Shown here: positions 26,607 through 34,576 of the stretch, piece after piece
Layout: the number at the start of each line of letters is the position of its first letter
Numbering within the stretch: position 1 is the first letter of the stretch
Assembly (NCBI GenBank): GCA_039930145.1
Contig: JBDSPW010000007.1
Coordinates: 22,383-86,382, forward strand
DNA: 64,000 bases
Origin: Candidatus Saccharimonadales bacterium
GTDB lineage: Bacteria > Patescibacteriota > Saccharimonadia > Saccharimonadales > UBA4665
Direction of reading: 5' to 3'
The notes under the pieces: model-generated
Told to the model about the DNA's origin: nothing
The model's database searches: none
What the model saw: the letters and a program-made list of their open reading frames with translations, nothing else
Position numbers and translations under genes: made by a program

Positions 26607-27323
26607 CTAACTGTTTGTTGAGGGGTAGTTAACAGATGATGACTGCCCGGTATTGTAGCGGCGTTGCTGGCTGATAAGTGGCAGGCGGGTGTAGGCGCCG
26701 ATAACGGGTACAACGCGTTTCATGGCGTTGACGCTCATACGGGCCGGCGAAATTGATTCGGTCCCCCGTTCATCCTGCCTCACAAGATAATCAGGCTGCT
26801 CGATATACTGCGGTTGCTGACCATAATAAGCCCGCTGCTGCTGCACTTGCTGCAACTGCAGGTACATTTCGAGTTGCTTGTTCATTTGCTCCAGGTGACG
26901 CTGCTGTGTTTCTTGTTGCGTCACTTGCTCTTGCTTCATTTCGGTCATGCGGTGTTGCACATAGCTCATCACACGACGGAGTCGCACCTGGTTAAGGCTG
27001 GTAAAATGCAGCACCTTGCTCCCCGAGCTAATTTTGATCTGGGCACCGAGCAGACGGTGTTGGTAATCGAATTCGTTAATCATGTCGAAGCGCATGTCTT
27101 CGACTGTCAGGTAGTTGAGCGGTTTTTTATCGACAATCAGAACCCGGTTTTTAGTGGCTACCAGGAGCGCAAAACCAGCTTCGTAATAGCCGTTCACGGC
27201 GGACTCGACGACTTCGTCTGGGGTAAGGATGTTGCAGAGTTCTTTGACTTCGGTATGGCCCCAACCGTCAGGGTTCATTTGGAGAGCCTTAAACTGAGCA
27301 TGTACTTTTTGGTAGCTGACCAT
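26607..27323 (-). CDS. Hypothetical protein with a possible bacterial PH-like N-domain and a Gln-rich C-terminal half
   Basis: 238 aa. The segment LVATKNRVLIVDKKPLNYLTVEDMRFDMI resembles YokE-type PH domains. Confidence 0.4.
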   Translation of the reverse strand: MVSYQKVHAQFKALQMNPDGWGHTEVKELCNILTPDEVVESAVNGYYEAGFALLVATKNRVLIVDKKPLNYLTVEDMRFDMINEFDYQHRLLGAQIKISSGSKVLHFTSLNQVRLRRVMSYVQHRMTEMKQEQVTQQETQQRHLEQMNKQLEMYLQLQQVQQQRAYYGQQPQYIEQPDYLVRQDERGTESISPARMSVNAMKRVVPVIGAYTRLPLISQQRRYNTGQSSSVNYPSTNS

Positions 27324-27458
27324 AGTGTTTTTTTCCTCCGCTTACTCTGCTGGTATCTCTATCATAAGCAAGATTTCTTAAAATATCGGTAAAATAGCTC
27401 ACGAATAAGTTGAGATTAATATCACAATCTAGCTATATTTATCAGGTTATGTCATACT

Positions 27459-28127
27459 ATGCCTATGCTAGCTACGTTGAAACAAACGGCCGAACTAGTC
27501 GAACTCTTCCATACTGCCGGACGTAAGGTCACCTACCGCAAAGGTGATTTCATAATCCGCCCTGGTGATTTTCCGCCGGGCGTTTTTTATATCTCTGAAG
27601 GCATCGTCAAGGCCTACGATATCACCAAATATGGTGATGAAAACCTGCTGATTATTCGTAAAGAACACGAGCTATTCCCCCTTATTTGGGCCCTCACCGG
27701 CCAAGAACGCCAGGTAATCTATGAAGCGCTGGCACCCACAACACTACTGCAGATTAGCCGTGAGGCTTTTCTAGAATTTATCAAAGAAAAACCCGATGCC
27801 TTAGCACCGCTACTCGATATGACCATCGAGATGTACCGTTTGCACAGCGAACGCATCATAAACCTCGAGTATCGCAGCGTCCGCGAACGACTTATATCGT
27901 TTTTGCTCACTATGTCGCACCGCTTCGGTCACCCCAGCGACGGGGGCGTTATGATTGGTCTCCCGCTCAAACACCAAGACATTGCCAGTTCTATTAATTC
28001 TAGCCGCGAGACCACGAGCCGCGAGTTATCCGCACTAGAGCGCAAAGGTTTGCTCGTAAATCAGCAATCACAAATCTTGCTCAAAGATGTCCCCGCCCTC
28101 GAAGCCTTCCTGACGCACAACCACTAA
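27459..28127 (+). CDS. Crp/Fnr-family transcriptional regulator
   Basis: cNMP-binding beta-barrel region plus a C-terminal HTH (QDIASSINSSRETTSRELSALERKG). Confidence 0.85.
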   Translation: MPMLATLKQTAELVELFHTAGRKVTYRKGDFIIRPGDFPPGVFYISEGIVKAYDITKYGDENLLIIRKEHELFPLIWALTGQERQVIYEALAPTTLLQISREAFLEFIKEKPDALAPLLDMTIEMYRLHSERIINLEYRSVRERLISFLLTMSHRFGHPSDGGVMIGLPLKHQDIASSINSSRETTSRELSALERKGLLVNQQSQILLKDVPALEAFLTHNH

Positions 28128-28315
28128 AATTGAGCACCGTCGAGCCCGTCGCTTTTCGCTAGTGTCGTGATAGGCGCAATTTCTTGTCGAGAAGCAGACC
28201 GAACGGTACAAAAGTACCGAGAGGGAGCATCGGAGAGAAAAATTGTGCATAGTGCAGCATAAGCTCGCGGGTCAGTGGCTACGCCGCTGAGCAGGCGAGC
28301 TGGTGTGGAGGGCGG

Positions 28316-28972
28316 TTAGTGCCAGTTCATAATAATGCGCTGCACCGTATCCACCACCGCCTTGTGCTCCGGCACATCTTCTATGTCGTAGTAGTGCTCG
28401 GTGGATATATACTCGTCAATTACGCTCAGTACGTATAGTTCGTCCGCCACCGCGTGCATGCGGTCGACCGCTTTTACGCTGGCGAGCGGCGTAGCAATAA
28501 TCATCTTTTCGATAGCGATCGGTTTTAAAAACGATGCGGCAATATCAAGCGCAAACCCCGATTTTAATCCATCGGAAACTAATATGACATTATGGCCTTT
28601 AAGTAGACTCTTCTTGAGGGTAATTGTTTCGCCGATCTGGCGGTGCATTTTTTGTAGCTTCGTCATTTTCTCGGCTTCTATGAACTGAAAATATTCCGAA
28701 ACAAATTCATCAATCACACCTGGTGAGTAAAACGGGTTAAACGAAAATGAACCGTCCTCGGCAATTCCACCGAGCGCATCGGGCTCATTGGGTAGTTCGA
28801 TATCTTCGGTAATAAGTAATTCCATAGCACAGTGCAACGCCATGGCAATTTGGGCGCCAACCATGGCTCCGCCATCGCTTAGTGCCAATACAATACAGTT
28901 TTCATAACGGTATTGCGGGACGATTCGGTTGGCCAACATGCGGCCGGCTTGGACTCTAGATGCAAAGTACAC
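28316..28972 (-). CDS. Phosphoribosyltransferase-like protein
   Basis: N-terminus FASRVQAGRMLA...IVLALSDGGAMVGAQIA and a later VILVSDGLKSG PRPP-loop-like motif. Confidence 0.55.
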   Translation of the reverse strand: MYFASRVQAGRMLANRIVPQYRYENCIVLALSDGGAMVGAQIAMALHCAMELLITEDIELPNEPDALGGIAEDGSFSFNPFYSPGVIDEFVSEYFQFIEAEKMTKLQKMHRQIGETITLKKSLLKGHNVILVSDGLKSGFALDIAASFLKPIAIEKMIIATPLASVKAVDRMHAVADELYVLSVIDEYISTEHYYDIEDVPEHKAVVDTVQRIIMNWH

Positions 28973-29062
28973 TAAGAAACCCTGCCCGTGTTGTTGATGT
29001 ATTCATCCTTTTGTTAGTCTACCATCTTAGCGCTTACGCTTGGACAAAAATCACACTCCAGT

Positions 29063-29779
29063 CTACTGAACTTTTAGCAGGTAAAATCTCTCGCGGTTCC
29101 CTTTGGCGCCGGCTACGTCACTGTCAGCTTTGTCGATAATGACAAATTTTTGGCGAGCCCACATCTCGAAATCATTCAAAATATCACGGCGCATCTTATC
29201 GTTTTTGATAACACCCTTGTGCTTTAGGCTACTCTGTCCGGCCTCGAACTGTGGTTTTACCATCATGACCAGCTGAGTGTTTTTGTTCACCATTTTGGCC
29301 ACACTCGGCAAGATTTCACGAAGTGAAATAAACGAAACATCCGCTACCGCAATATCAATGTGTTCGGCTGTTTTAAAGTCACGAATGTCGGTTTTTTCGT
29401 GCAGTTCGATACGCACATCACCATGTAAAGACGGGTGGAGTTGGTTAGTACCAACTTCTACCGCCAAAACTTTTCGGGCGCCATGCTGCAATGCATAGTC
29501 CGTAAAACCGCCTGTCGAAGACCCGACATCCAGCACAGTTTTATCCTTAAAATCCACACCAAGCGTCTGAGCAACACTGGCTAGCTTGAGCCCGGCCCGG
29601 CTGACATATCGTTCGGTTGAAGTTACTGCGATATCGTCTGTTTCGCCCACTAAACAGCCGGCCTTGGTAACGACTTTACCATTTACTTTGACATCACCGA
29701 GTTTCACAAAACTCTCAGCCTGGCTACGTGTGGAAACCAGCCCTCGTACCACTAAAGTCTGGTCGAGCCGCTGCTTCAT
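29063..29779 (-). CDS. tlyA: TlyA-family rRNA 2'-O-methyltransferase (S4 domain plus FtsJ-like MTase)
   Basis: The likely start is MKQRLDQ at 29779. S4-like region LVSTRSQAESFVKLGDVKVNG and SAM motif VLDVGSSTGGFTD. Confidence 0.85.
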   Translation of the reverse strand: MKQRLDQTLVVRGLVSTRSQAESFVKLGDVKVNGKVVTKAGCLVGETDDIAVTSTERYVSRAGLKLASVAQTLGVDFKDKTVLDVGSSTGGFTDYALQHGARKVLAVEVGTNQLHPSLHGDVRIELHEKTDIRDFKTAEHIDIAVADVSFISLREILPSVAKMVNKNTQLVMMVKPQFEAGQSSLKHKGVIKNDKMRRDILNDFEMWARQKFVIIDKADSDVAGAKGNRERFYLLKVQ

Positions 29780-29780
29780 A

Positions 29781-30347
29781 TTATTCCTTGACGCGTTCGC
29801 GGTACGCACCAGTGGCAGTGTCCACCGAGATAAGCGCACCTTTTTTGATAAAGGCCGGCACTTTTATGGTGATGCCCGTCTCGAGCGTTGCGTCTTTGGT
29901 GATACTGCTGCTGGTGTCGCCCTTTACGGCGTCTTCGGTGTACGTAACCAGTAGTGGCACGTTCTTTGGTAGTTCTACATTAATCGGTTTGTCGTTAAAG
30001 AATTGGAGTGATACTTTGTCGCCCTCTTTAATATAGCCGGCCCCATCACCCATCAGATCGGCTGACACCTCAAACTGCTCAAAGGTATCTTCATTCATAA
30101 AATAAAACGTCGACCCATCGGAGTACAGATATTGTACTGTTTGGTTTGTAATGTCAGCGTACTGCAATTGTTCGTTGCCCTTAAAGGTCTTCTCGAGCAC
30201 CTTACCGTCAATCAAACTTTTGATACGTACGTTAACAATCGAGCCACCGCGGCCCATCACTTTTTGGTTGTAATCGACCACACGAAACGGTTGCCCTTCC
30301 AGCTGGAACAGCGTACCTTTCTTGAGGTCGGTAATGCTTAATGCCAT
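29781..30347 (-). CDS. efp: Elongation factor P
   Basis: 188 aa. N-terminus DLKKGTLFQLEGQPFRVVDYNQKVMGRGGSIVNVRIKSL. Confidence 0.93.
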   Translation of the reverse strand: MALSITDLKKGTLFQLEGQPFRVVDYNQKVMGRGGSIVNVRIKSLIDGKVLEKTFKGNEQLQYADITNQTVQYLYSDGSTFYFMNEDTFEQFEVSADLMGDGAGYIKEGDKVSLQFFNDKPINVELPKNVPLLVTYTEDAVKGDTSSSITKDATLETGITIKVPAFIKKGALISVDTATGAYRERVKE

Positions 30348-30355
30348 AAATTCTC

Positions 30356-30775
30356 CTACTCTAATCTTTCGATTATCTGCTCAATGTTGGCGGTCAGGTG
30401 CGCGACATCGATACTACTAAAAATATTGTATTCGCTGGCTGCCAAAATGTCCTTGCGGACTTTTCGGAGGCGTTTTTTTGCCTGAGTGGCATTTTGTATT
30501 TGCTCGGCACGGGTCTCGCTGAGTTCGTAGTCGCGAGTATCGAGCCGGGCGTCGACCAACTGCTGCCGCAAATCGGTCACAATTTTACGCTCCTCTGCTG
30601 GCAACTGATAGATATCGATTGCTGACAAGGTGCCTTTTAAGTGCGTTACGAGCTGTGTAGTCAGTACAAATGGCGAACTGTGTGATTCGATGGCACTATT
30701 CTCCGTCTTCGAGTAGCGCCAAATCTGACAAACTTTTCTCAAGTTCTTCTCCGTTATGTGCCTTGGTATTGCCAT
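30356..30775 (-). CDS. Hypothetical helical protein; start uncertain
   Basis: 139-aa ORF whose 5' end overlaps the upstream ORF by 80 nt. Confidence 0.4.
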   Translation of the reverse strand: MAIPRHITEKNLRKVCQIWRYSKTENSAIESHSSPFVLTTQLVTHLKGTLSAIDIYQLPAEERKIVTDLRQQLVDARLDTRDYELSETRAEQIQNATQAKKRLRKVRKDILAASEYNIFSSIDVAHLTANIEQIIERLE

Positions 30776-30980
30776 GAGCCTCTAGAATATGACCATCACG
30801 CAATACTACGCCACCCACTACTCGTGCAATCGAAACCCGATTTTGTTCTTCCCACGCAAAGTCAGCATCGAAAACGTCAGATGAAATTGCTTCAGCATGG
30901 TCGGCGGGGTCCGTATCAGAAGATGGCCACACAACTCGCAGGCGCAACCATTCATGCGGCCCTTTTTTTAAGGTTGTCAT
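30696..30980 (-). CDS. Hypothetical acidic protein
   Basis: 94-aa ORF directly downstream of rpsR. Confidence 0.4.
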   Translation of the reverse strand: MTTLKKGPHEWLRLRVVWPSSDTDPADHAEAISSDVFDADFAWEEQNRVSIARVVGGVVLRDGHILEAHGNTKAHNGEELEKSLSDLALLEDGE

Positions 30981-31000
30981 AGGCGAAAGCCTCCTTACAT

Positions 31001-31204
31001 TTAGTTGCTGGCAACAAACGGCAGCAATGCGATGTGACGAGCTCGCTTGATAGCGGTGCTCAAACGACGCTGTTGTGCTTCGGTCAGACCGGTCTTCTTA
31101 CGAGATTCAATCTGTCCATACATGTTAACGTAGCGCTGCAAAGTCTTAAAGTCCTTGTAGTCGAAAAACGCAACGTCGGTGCGGTGTTTAAAAATCTTAG
31201 CCAT
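31001..31204 (-). CDS. rpsR: 30S ribosomal protein S18
   Basis: FFDYKD...RYVNMYGQIESRKKTGL...QRRLSTAIKRARHIALLPF. Confidence 0.92.
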   Translation of the reverse strand: MAKIFKHRTDVAFFDYKDFKTLQRYVNMYGQIESRKKTGLTEAQQRRLSTAIKRARHIALLPFVASN

Positions 31205-31463
31205 TTAATTCTTCTCCTTTAATCTGTAAAATTTCTTGTGCTCGTTCGTAGGCTTCTGCTCGTTTTACGAGTCCACTTTGCGTGAGTACGCCCGGCAACC
31301 ACATACGCGGCGGCTGGCTTTGGTCAGCGAATGGTACATCAATTGGCTGTTCGCGCACATACGGTGCGGCATCCTTTCGGAACTGTGCAACACGTGCGCT
31401 CCAGCGAAAGAACGAGGGATACTTCTTGTCTCTAATTTGTTCAGAAGTAAGTCGTTCGTTCAT
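31197..31463 (-). CDS. Hypothetical protein inserted between ssb and rpsR
   Basis: 88-aa ORF overlapping the rpsR start by 8 nt. Confidence 0.45.
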   Translation of the reverse strand: MNERLTSEQIRDKKYPSFFRWSARVAQFRKDAAPYVREQPIDVPFADQSQPPRMWLPGVLTQSGLVKRAEAYERAQEILQIKGEELNG

Positions 31464-31474
31464 GGTTTATATCC

Positions 31475-31951
31475 TTAGAAAGGAATGTCGTCGAGGTTGA
31501 TCGGCTCATCACCAATATCTTCGATGACAACATCATCTTTCTTCTTACTTGGCGCAGGTTTGCTGCTTCCACCATTGTCCGAACCGCCAGCTATCATGCC
31601 ACTTCCGTCATCAGAACCACCGCGGCCGTCTAGGAACGTTACGTCGTTGGCCAGCACTTCTACTTTGCTGCGCTTAACGCCTTCTTGTTCCCAGCTGCGT
31701 GACTGCAAGCGACCCTGCACGAGGCAACGACGACCTTTGGTCAGATATTGGCTCACGCGCTCACCCAGTGGTCCCCAGGCGGTTACATCTATGTAGTCGG
31801 TTGCTTCTTGCCATTCGCCACTCGCATCTTTGTAGCTGCGGTTCAGTGCGAGGCTAAAGCTGCAAACGCTCTGGCCATTCGGTGTATTACGGAGTTCTGG
31901 GTCGCGGGTAAGATTACCCATCAAAATTACTTGGTTTACGCTTCGTGCCAT
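31475..31951 (-). CDS. ssb: Single-stranded DNA-binding protein
   Basis: OB-fold N-terminus (MARSVNQVILMGNLTRDPELR), a Gly-rich linker, and an acidic tip ending DDIPF. Confidence 0.93.
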   Translation of the reverse strand: MARSVNQVILMGNLTRDPELRNTPNGQSVCSFSLALNRSYKDASGEWQEATDYIDVTAWGPLGERVSQYLTKGRRCLVQGRLQSRSWEQEGVKRSKVEVLANDVTFLDGRGGSDDGSGMIAGGSDNGGSSKPAPSKKKDDVVIEDIGDEPINLDDIPF

Positions 31952-32037
31952 ATTGGCTACCCTCCTTATAAGAACTATGTCTTGGTTAATGTATATTTCA
32001 GGCTACTCGTCGCCGAGTAGTTCGTCAAGCGAGTTGT

Positions 32038-32418
32038 TTACTCTTCTTCTTTGTCGTCTGTATCAGACGAGTCACCACGCTCGGCCGCCTTCTTGAGCTT
32101 CTCGGCCTTGGCAGTTTCTGCCTTGGCGATTGCCTTGAGGTCGGGACGTGTGATGAGGAACCGAATAACTTCGTCAGTGATGTTGAGGGTGCTTTCTACC
32201 TTGGCAACATTGGCTGGCGGGAAATCAATCGTATATATAACGTACACGGCGTGTTCGTTCTTCTTGATTGCGTATGCAAGCTTGCGCTTGCCCCAGTTAT
32301 CGGTGTTCTTGATCTTACCGCCGTTGTCGGCAAAGATCTTTTCCACGCGTTTGCTAGCCTTATCTAGATCGATTTCTAGATCAGGATGATACAAAACAGC
32401 TACTTCGTATTGATTCAC
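32038..32418 (-). CDS. rpsF: 30S ribosomal protein S6 (with an acidic C-terminal tail)
   Basis: MNQYEVAVLYHPDLE...WGKRKLAYAIKK. Confidence 0.9.
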   Translation of the reverse strand: MNQYEVAVLYHPDLEIDLDKASKRVEKIFADNGGKIKNTDNWGKRKLAYAIKKNEHAVYVIYTIDFPPANVAKVESTLNITDEVIRFLITRPDLKAIAKAETAKAEKLKKAAERGDSSDTDDKEEE

Positions 32419-32521
32419 GAGGTTTCTCCTTTGGGTTAAGCCTGCACGTACACTTTGTTAAAAGGACTGCAAGCTGAGCTAATAGTAGGTCTATTGTACT
32501 CTACTCACCCCTGTTCGTCAA

Positions 32522-33277
32522 CTATGCGGCCGGCGTTACCCGCTCAATAAGCGCTCTTTGTGCATATTTGCGTGCTGTGTCGGTCGCCATTACTTTCATC
32601 ACAAATTGGCCGGCGCAACGGGCCGCATTTTGGGGCAGCAGCTCTGCCCGTTTGGCGTGGCTATATGATGTATTCAATTCGGCCGCTGCTTCATAGGCGG
32701 CAATTCGTAATAGTCTGTTGCATAATTGCTCTTTATGCGTCGAATTTGTGGAATTCACCAGCTCGTCGACAATGCTTCCGGTAGTATCCACAAAGTTACG
32801 GCTCATCGTATAGTCGATTAAAAAATCTCGCACCGGAATCGGTTTATCAATCTTAATCTGTCCACTTTTCCATAGCCAGGCGCGCTGTTCTTCAGTCAGC
32901 TCAACTTGGCGCTCGCCAGATTCAGTAAAGGCCAATCCTTTGCGCGGTATGTAACCGGCTGTTGCAAAAACGACAGTCCGAAATTGCTCGTATTCTGTTT
33001 CGGGCAAGTCGGGACCTCTATATATCGAATGATATCCGGGAAATTCGTCGTGATGATGTTCGTAGTAGGCCCACTGCACGCGTGAGTTTCGTAGAGCCGT
33101 CATGCCTGCACCAGCATGCAAAAATTGCGACCGCGGATGAAAAGGATGATGCCAATCGGCAACTCTTTCACGGTTGATCTGCTTATCTTGAGGTACGGGT
33201 GGCAGCCCCTCCACTGGCATGAGTGGCAATGGTACCCCAGTGAGGATATCAACCGGAGTGGTCAGAAAACCTGGCAT
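32522..33277 (-). CDS. Hypothetical His-rich protein (ATG at 33277 preferred over the TTG at 33298)
   Basis: About 251 aa, with the motifs WHHPFHPR and YYEHHHDEFPGYH. An AAAGGA RBS-like sequence precedes the ATG. Confidence 0.5.
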   Translation of the reverse strand: MPGFLTTPVDILTGVPLPLMPVEGLPPVPQDKQINRERVADWHHPFHPRSQFLHAGAGMTALRNSRVQWAYYEHHHDEFPGYHSIYRGPDLPETEYEQFRTVVFATAGYIPRKGLAFTESGERQVELTEEQRAWLWKSGQIKIDKPIPVRDFLIDYTMSRNFVDTTGSIVDELVNSTNSTHKEQLCNRLLRIAAYEAAAELNTSYSHAKRAELLPQNAARCAGQFVMKVMATDTARKYAQRALIERVTPAA

Positions 33278-33294
33278 AGTCGATCCTTTCTTGG

Positions 33295-33337
33295 CCAACT
33301 AAAAATCCCGGGCTATTAACCCGGGATTTTTAGTTGG
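33295..33337. terminator. Perfect 18-bp inverted repeat / bidirectional terminator core (A5-TCCCGGG...CCCGGGA-T5)
   Basis: ccaactaaaaatcccggg-ctattaa-cccgggatttttagttgg. Confidence 0.7.
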
Positions 33338-33644
33338 TGCATACAATACTGCTGGCACGCACGGAATCTTGTGAATCCCTATGAACGTCCGGAGCACTCT
33401 CATATGCTTTTCCCCTTATGTTTGTTCTACGCTCATAATAAAAACCCTTACGCTTTTTGGCAAGGGTTTTATAAATCTACTTCTCTTTCGTCCTTTTGGA
33501 CTCGTCGGTACGAACACACATTCGTAGAGAAAAGGTCGAGGGAGGCTGCTGGCGATTAGATATAGATGGATTTCTAGTCTAACCGCCTAGCAGCTCACCT
33601 CTTCGGGGCTTTTGGTATCGCGCCCCGCCGACGATGTGATGAGC

Positions 33645-34481
33645 TCAGCTGAACCAGCCCGCCAGGTGCCGCTTGTAGGGCTTCTGACCCTCCTCGTCGT
33701 CCCAGCGCTGCATGAGCTCTCCCGGGAAGTTCTCCCGTGGGTGCCAGTGGACGTAGGGCTTGCCGACGACGAACGCCGGTGTCTGACCGTCGGTGCCGTC
33801 GAACTCGATGTAGCCCATGTCGGTGCCGTCACTGCGGGCGAAGGCCTTGCCCTCGAGGGAGTTGATCCTGTCGGAGAGGCGTACGAGCCGGCCGGCATTG
33901 ATCTGCTCCCAGACCGCGGCGATCCACTCGGTGTGCCTGTCGAGCTCCATCTTGAGCTGCGCCGGCAGCTGCTGGTCCTGCAGAACGAACGCGTCGAGGC
34001 CGAAGATGTTCACCTCGGTACCTGACAGCTCGAACAGGTCGAAGTCGCCGCAGAACATCACCATGGTGATGGTGTCGTTCTCGACCCAGCCGTACGGCAC
34101 ACGCTCGTTGAGCGTCACCGGCATGGGGGCCACCTGCGCGAGCATCTCGCTCATGGTCGGCGCCTCGGCCTTGTCGCCGCCGAACTCCACGACGAGGCCC
34201 TCGTCCTTCTTGACGTAGAGCTCGTAGGCCGGGAGACGATCTTCGCCCTTGAAGCCGGCGAAGCTCATCCGGTGATGACCGTCGGAGTCGTGTGCGACCT
34301 TGACGGCCAGCGGCCCTGCGTCCAGCACGAACGATGCGGTGTCGTGTCCTCCTGAACAGTGCCAGCCCTGGACGGCGTCCGGGAGCTGCTCGGCCTCGTG
34401 GAGCTTGGTGTGCACCAGCTCGTTGAATCGCTTGATGACCTGCTTGTCGGTCACTGTGTCAACAACTTGCATTGCTACCAC
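33645..34481 (-). CDS. High-GC orphan protein of unknown function (island 2)
   Basis: 278-aa ORF. The sampled line 33781-33840 is 67% G+C. A strong GGAGGTGG Shine-Dalgarno sequence precedes the ATG. Confidence 0.65.
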   Translation of the reverse strand: MVAMQVVDTVTDKQVIKRFNELVHTKLHEAEQLPDAVQGWHCSGGHDTASFVLDAGPLAVKVAHDSDGHHRMSFAGFKGEDRLPAYELYVKKDEGLVVEFGGDKAEAPTMSEMLAQVAPMPVTLNERVPYGWVENDTITMVMFCGDFDLFELSGTEVNIFGLDAFVLQDQQLPAQLKMELDRHTEWIAAVWEQINAGRLVRLSDRINSLEGKAFARSDGTDMGYIEFDGTDGQTPAFVVGKPYVHWHPRENFPGELMQRWDDEEGQKPYKRHLAGWFS

Positions 34482-34548
34482 CTCCGTGGTATCAAAAAAA
34501 GATAGCCGTAGCTACCCTCTATCATCGCGCTTTGCGACAATGGTAACT

Positions 34549-34576
34549 ATTTTATACTCATAGCTTTGTTTGTCAA
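34549..34576 (-). promoter_or_regulatory. Sigma70-like promoter (TTGACA, 16-nt spacer, TAAAAT) driving the island-2 ORF
   Basis: On the minus strand TTGACA is at 34576-34571, directly after the ftsK stop, and TAAAAT is at 34554-34549. Confidence 0.5.
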
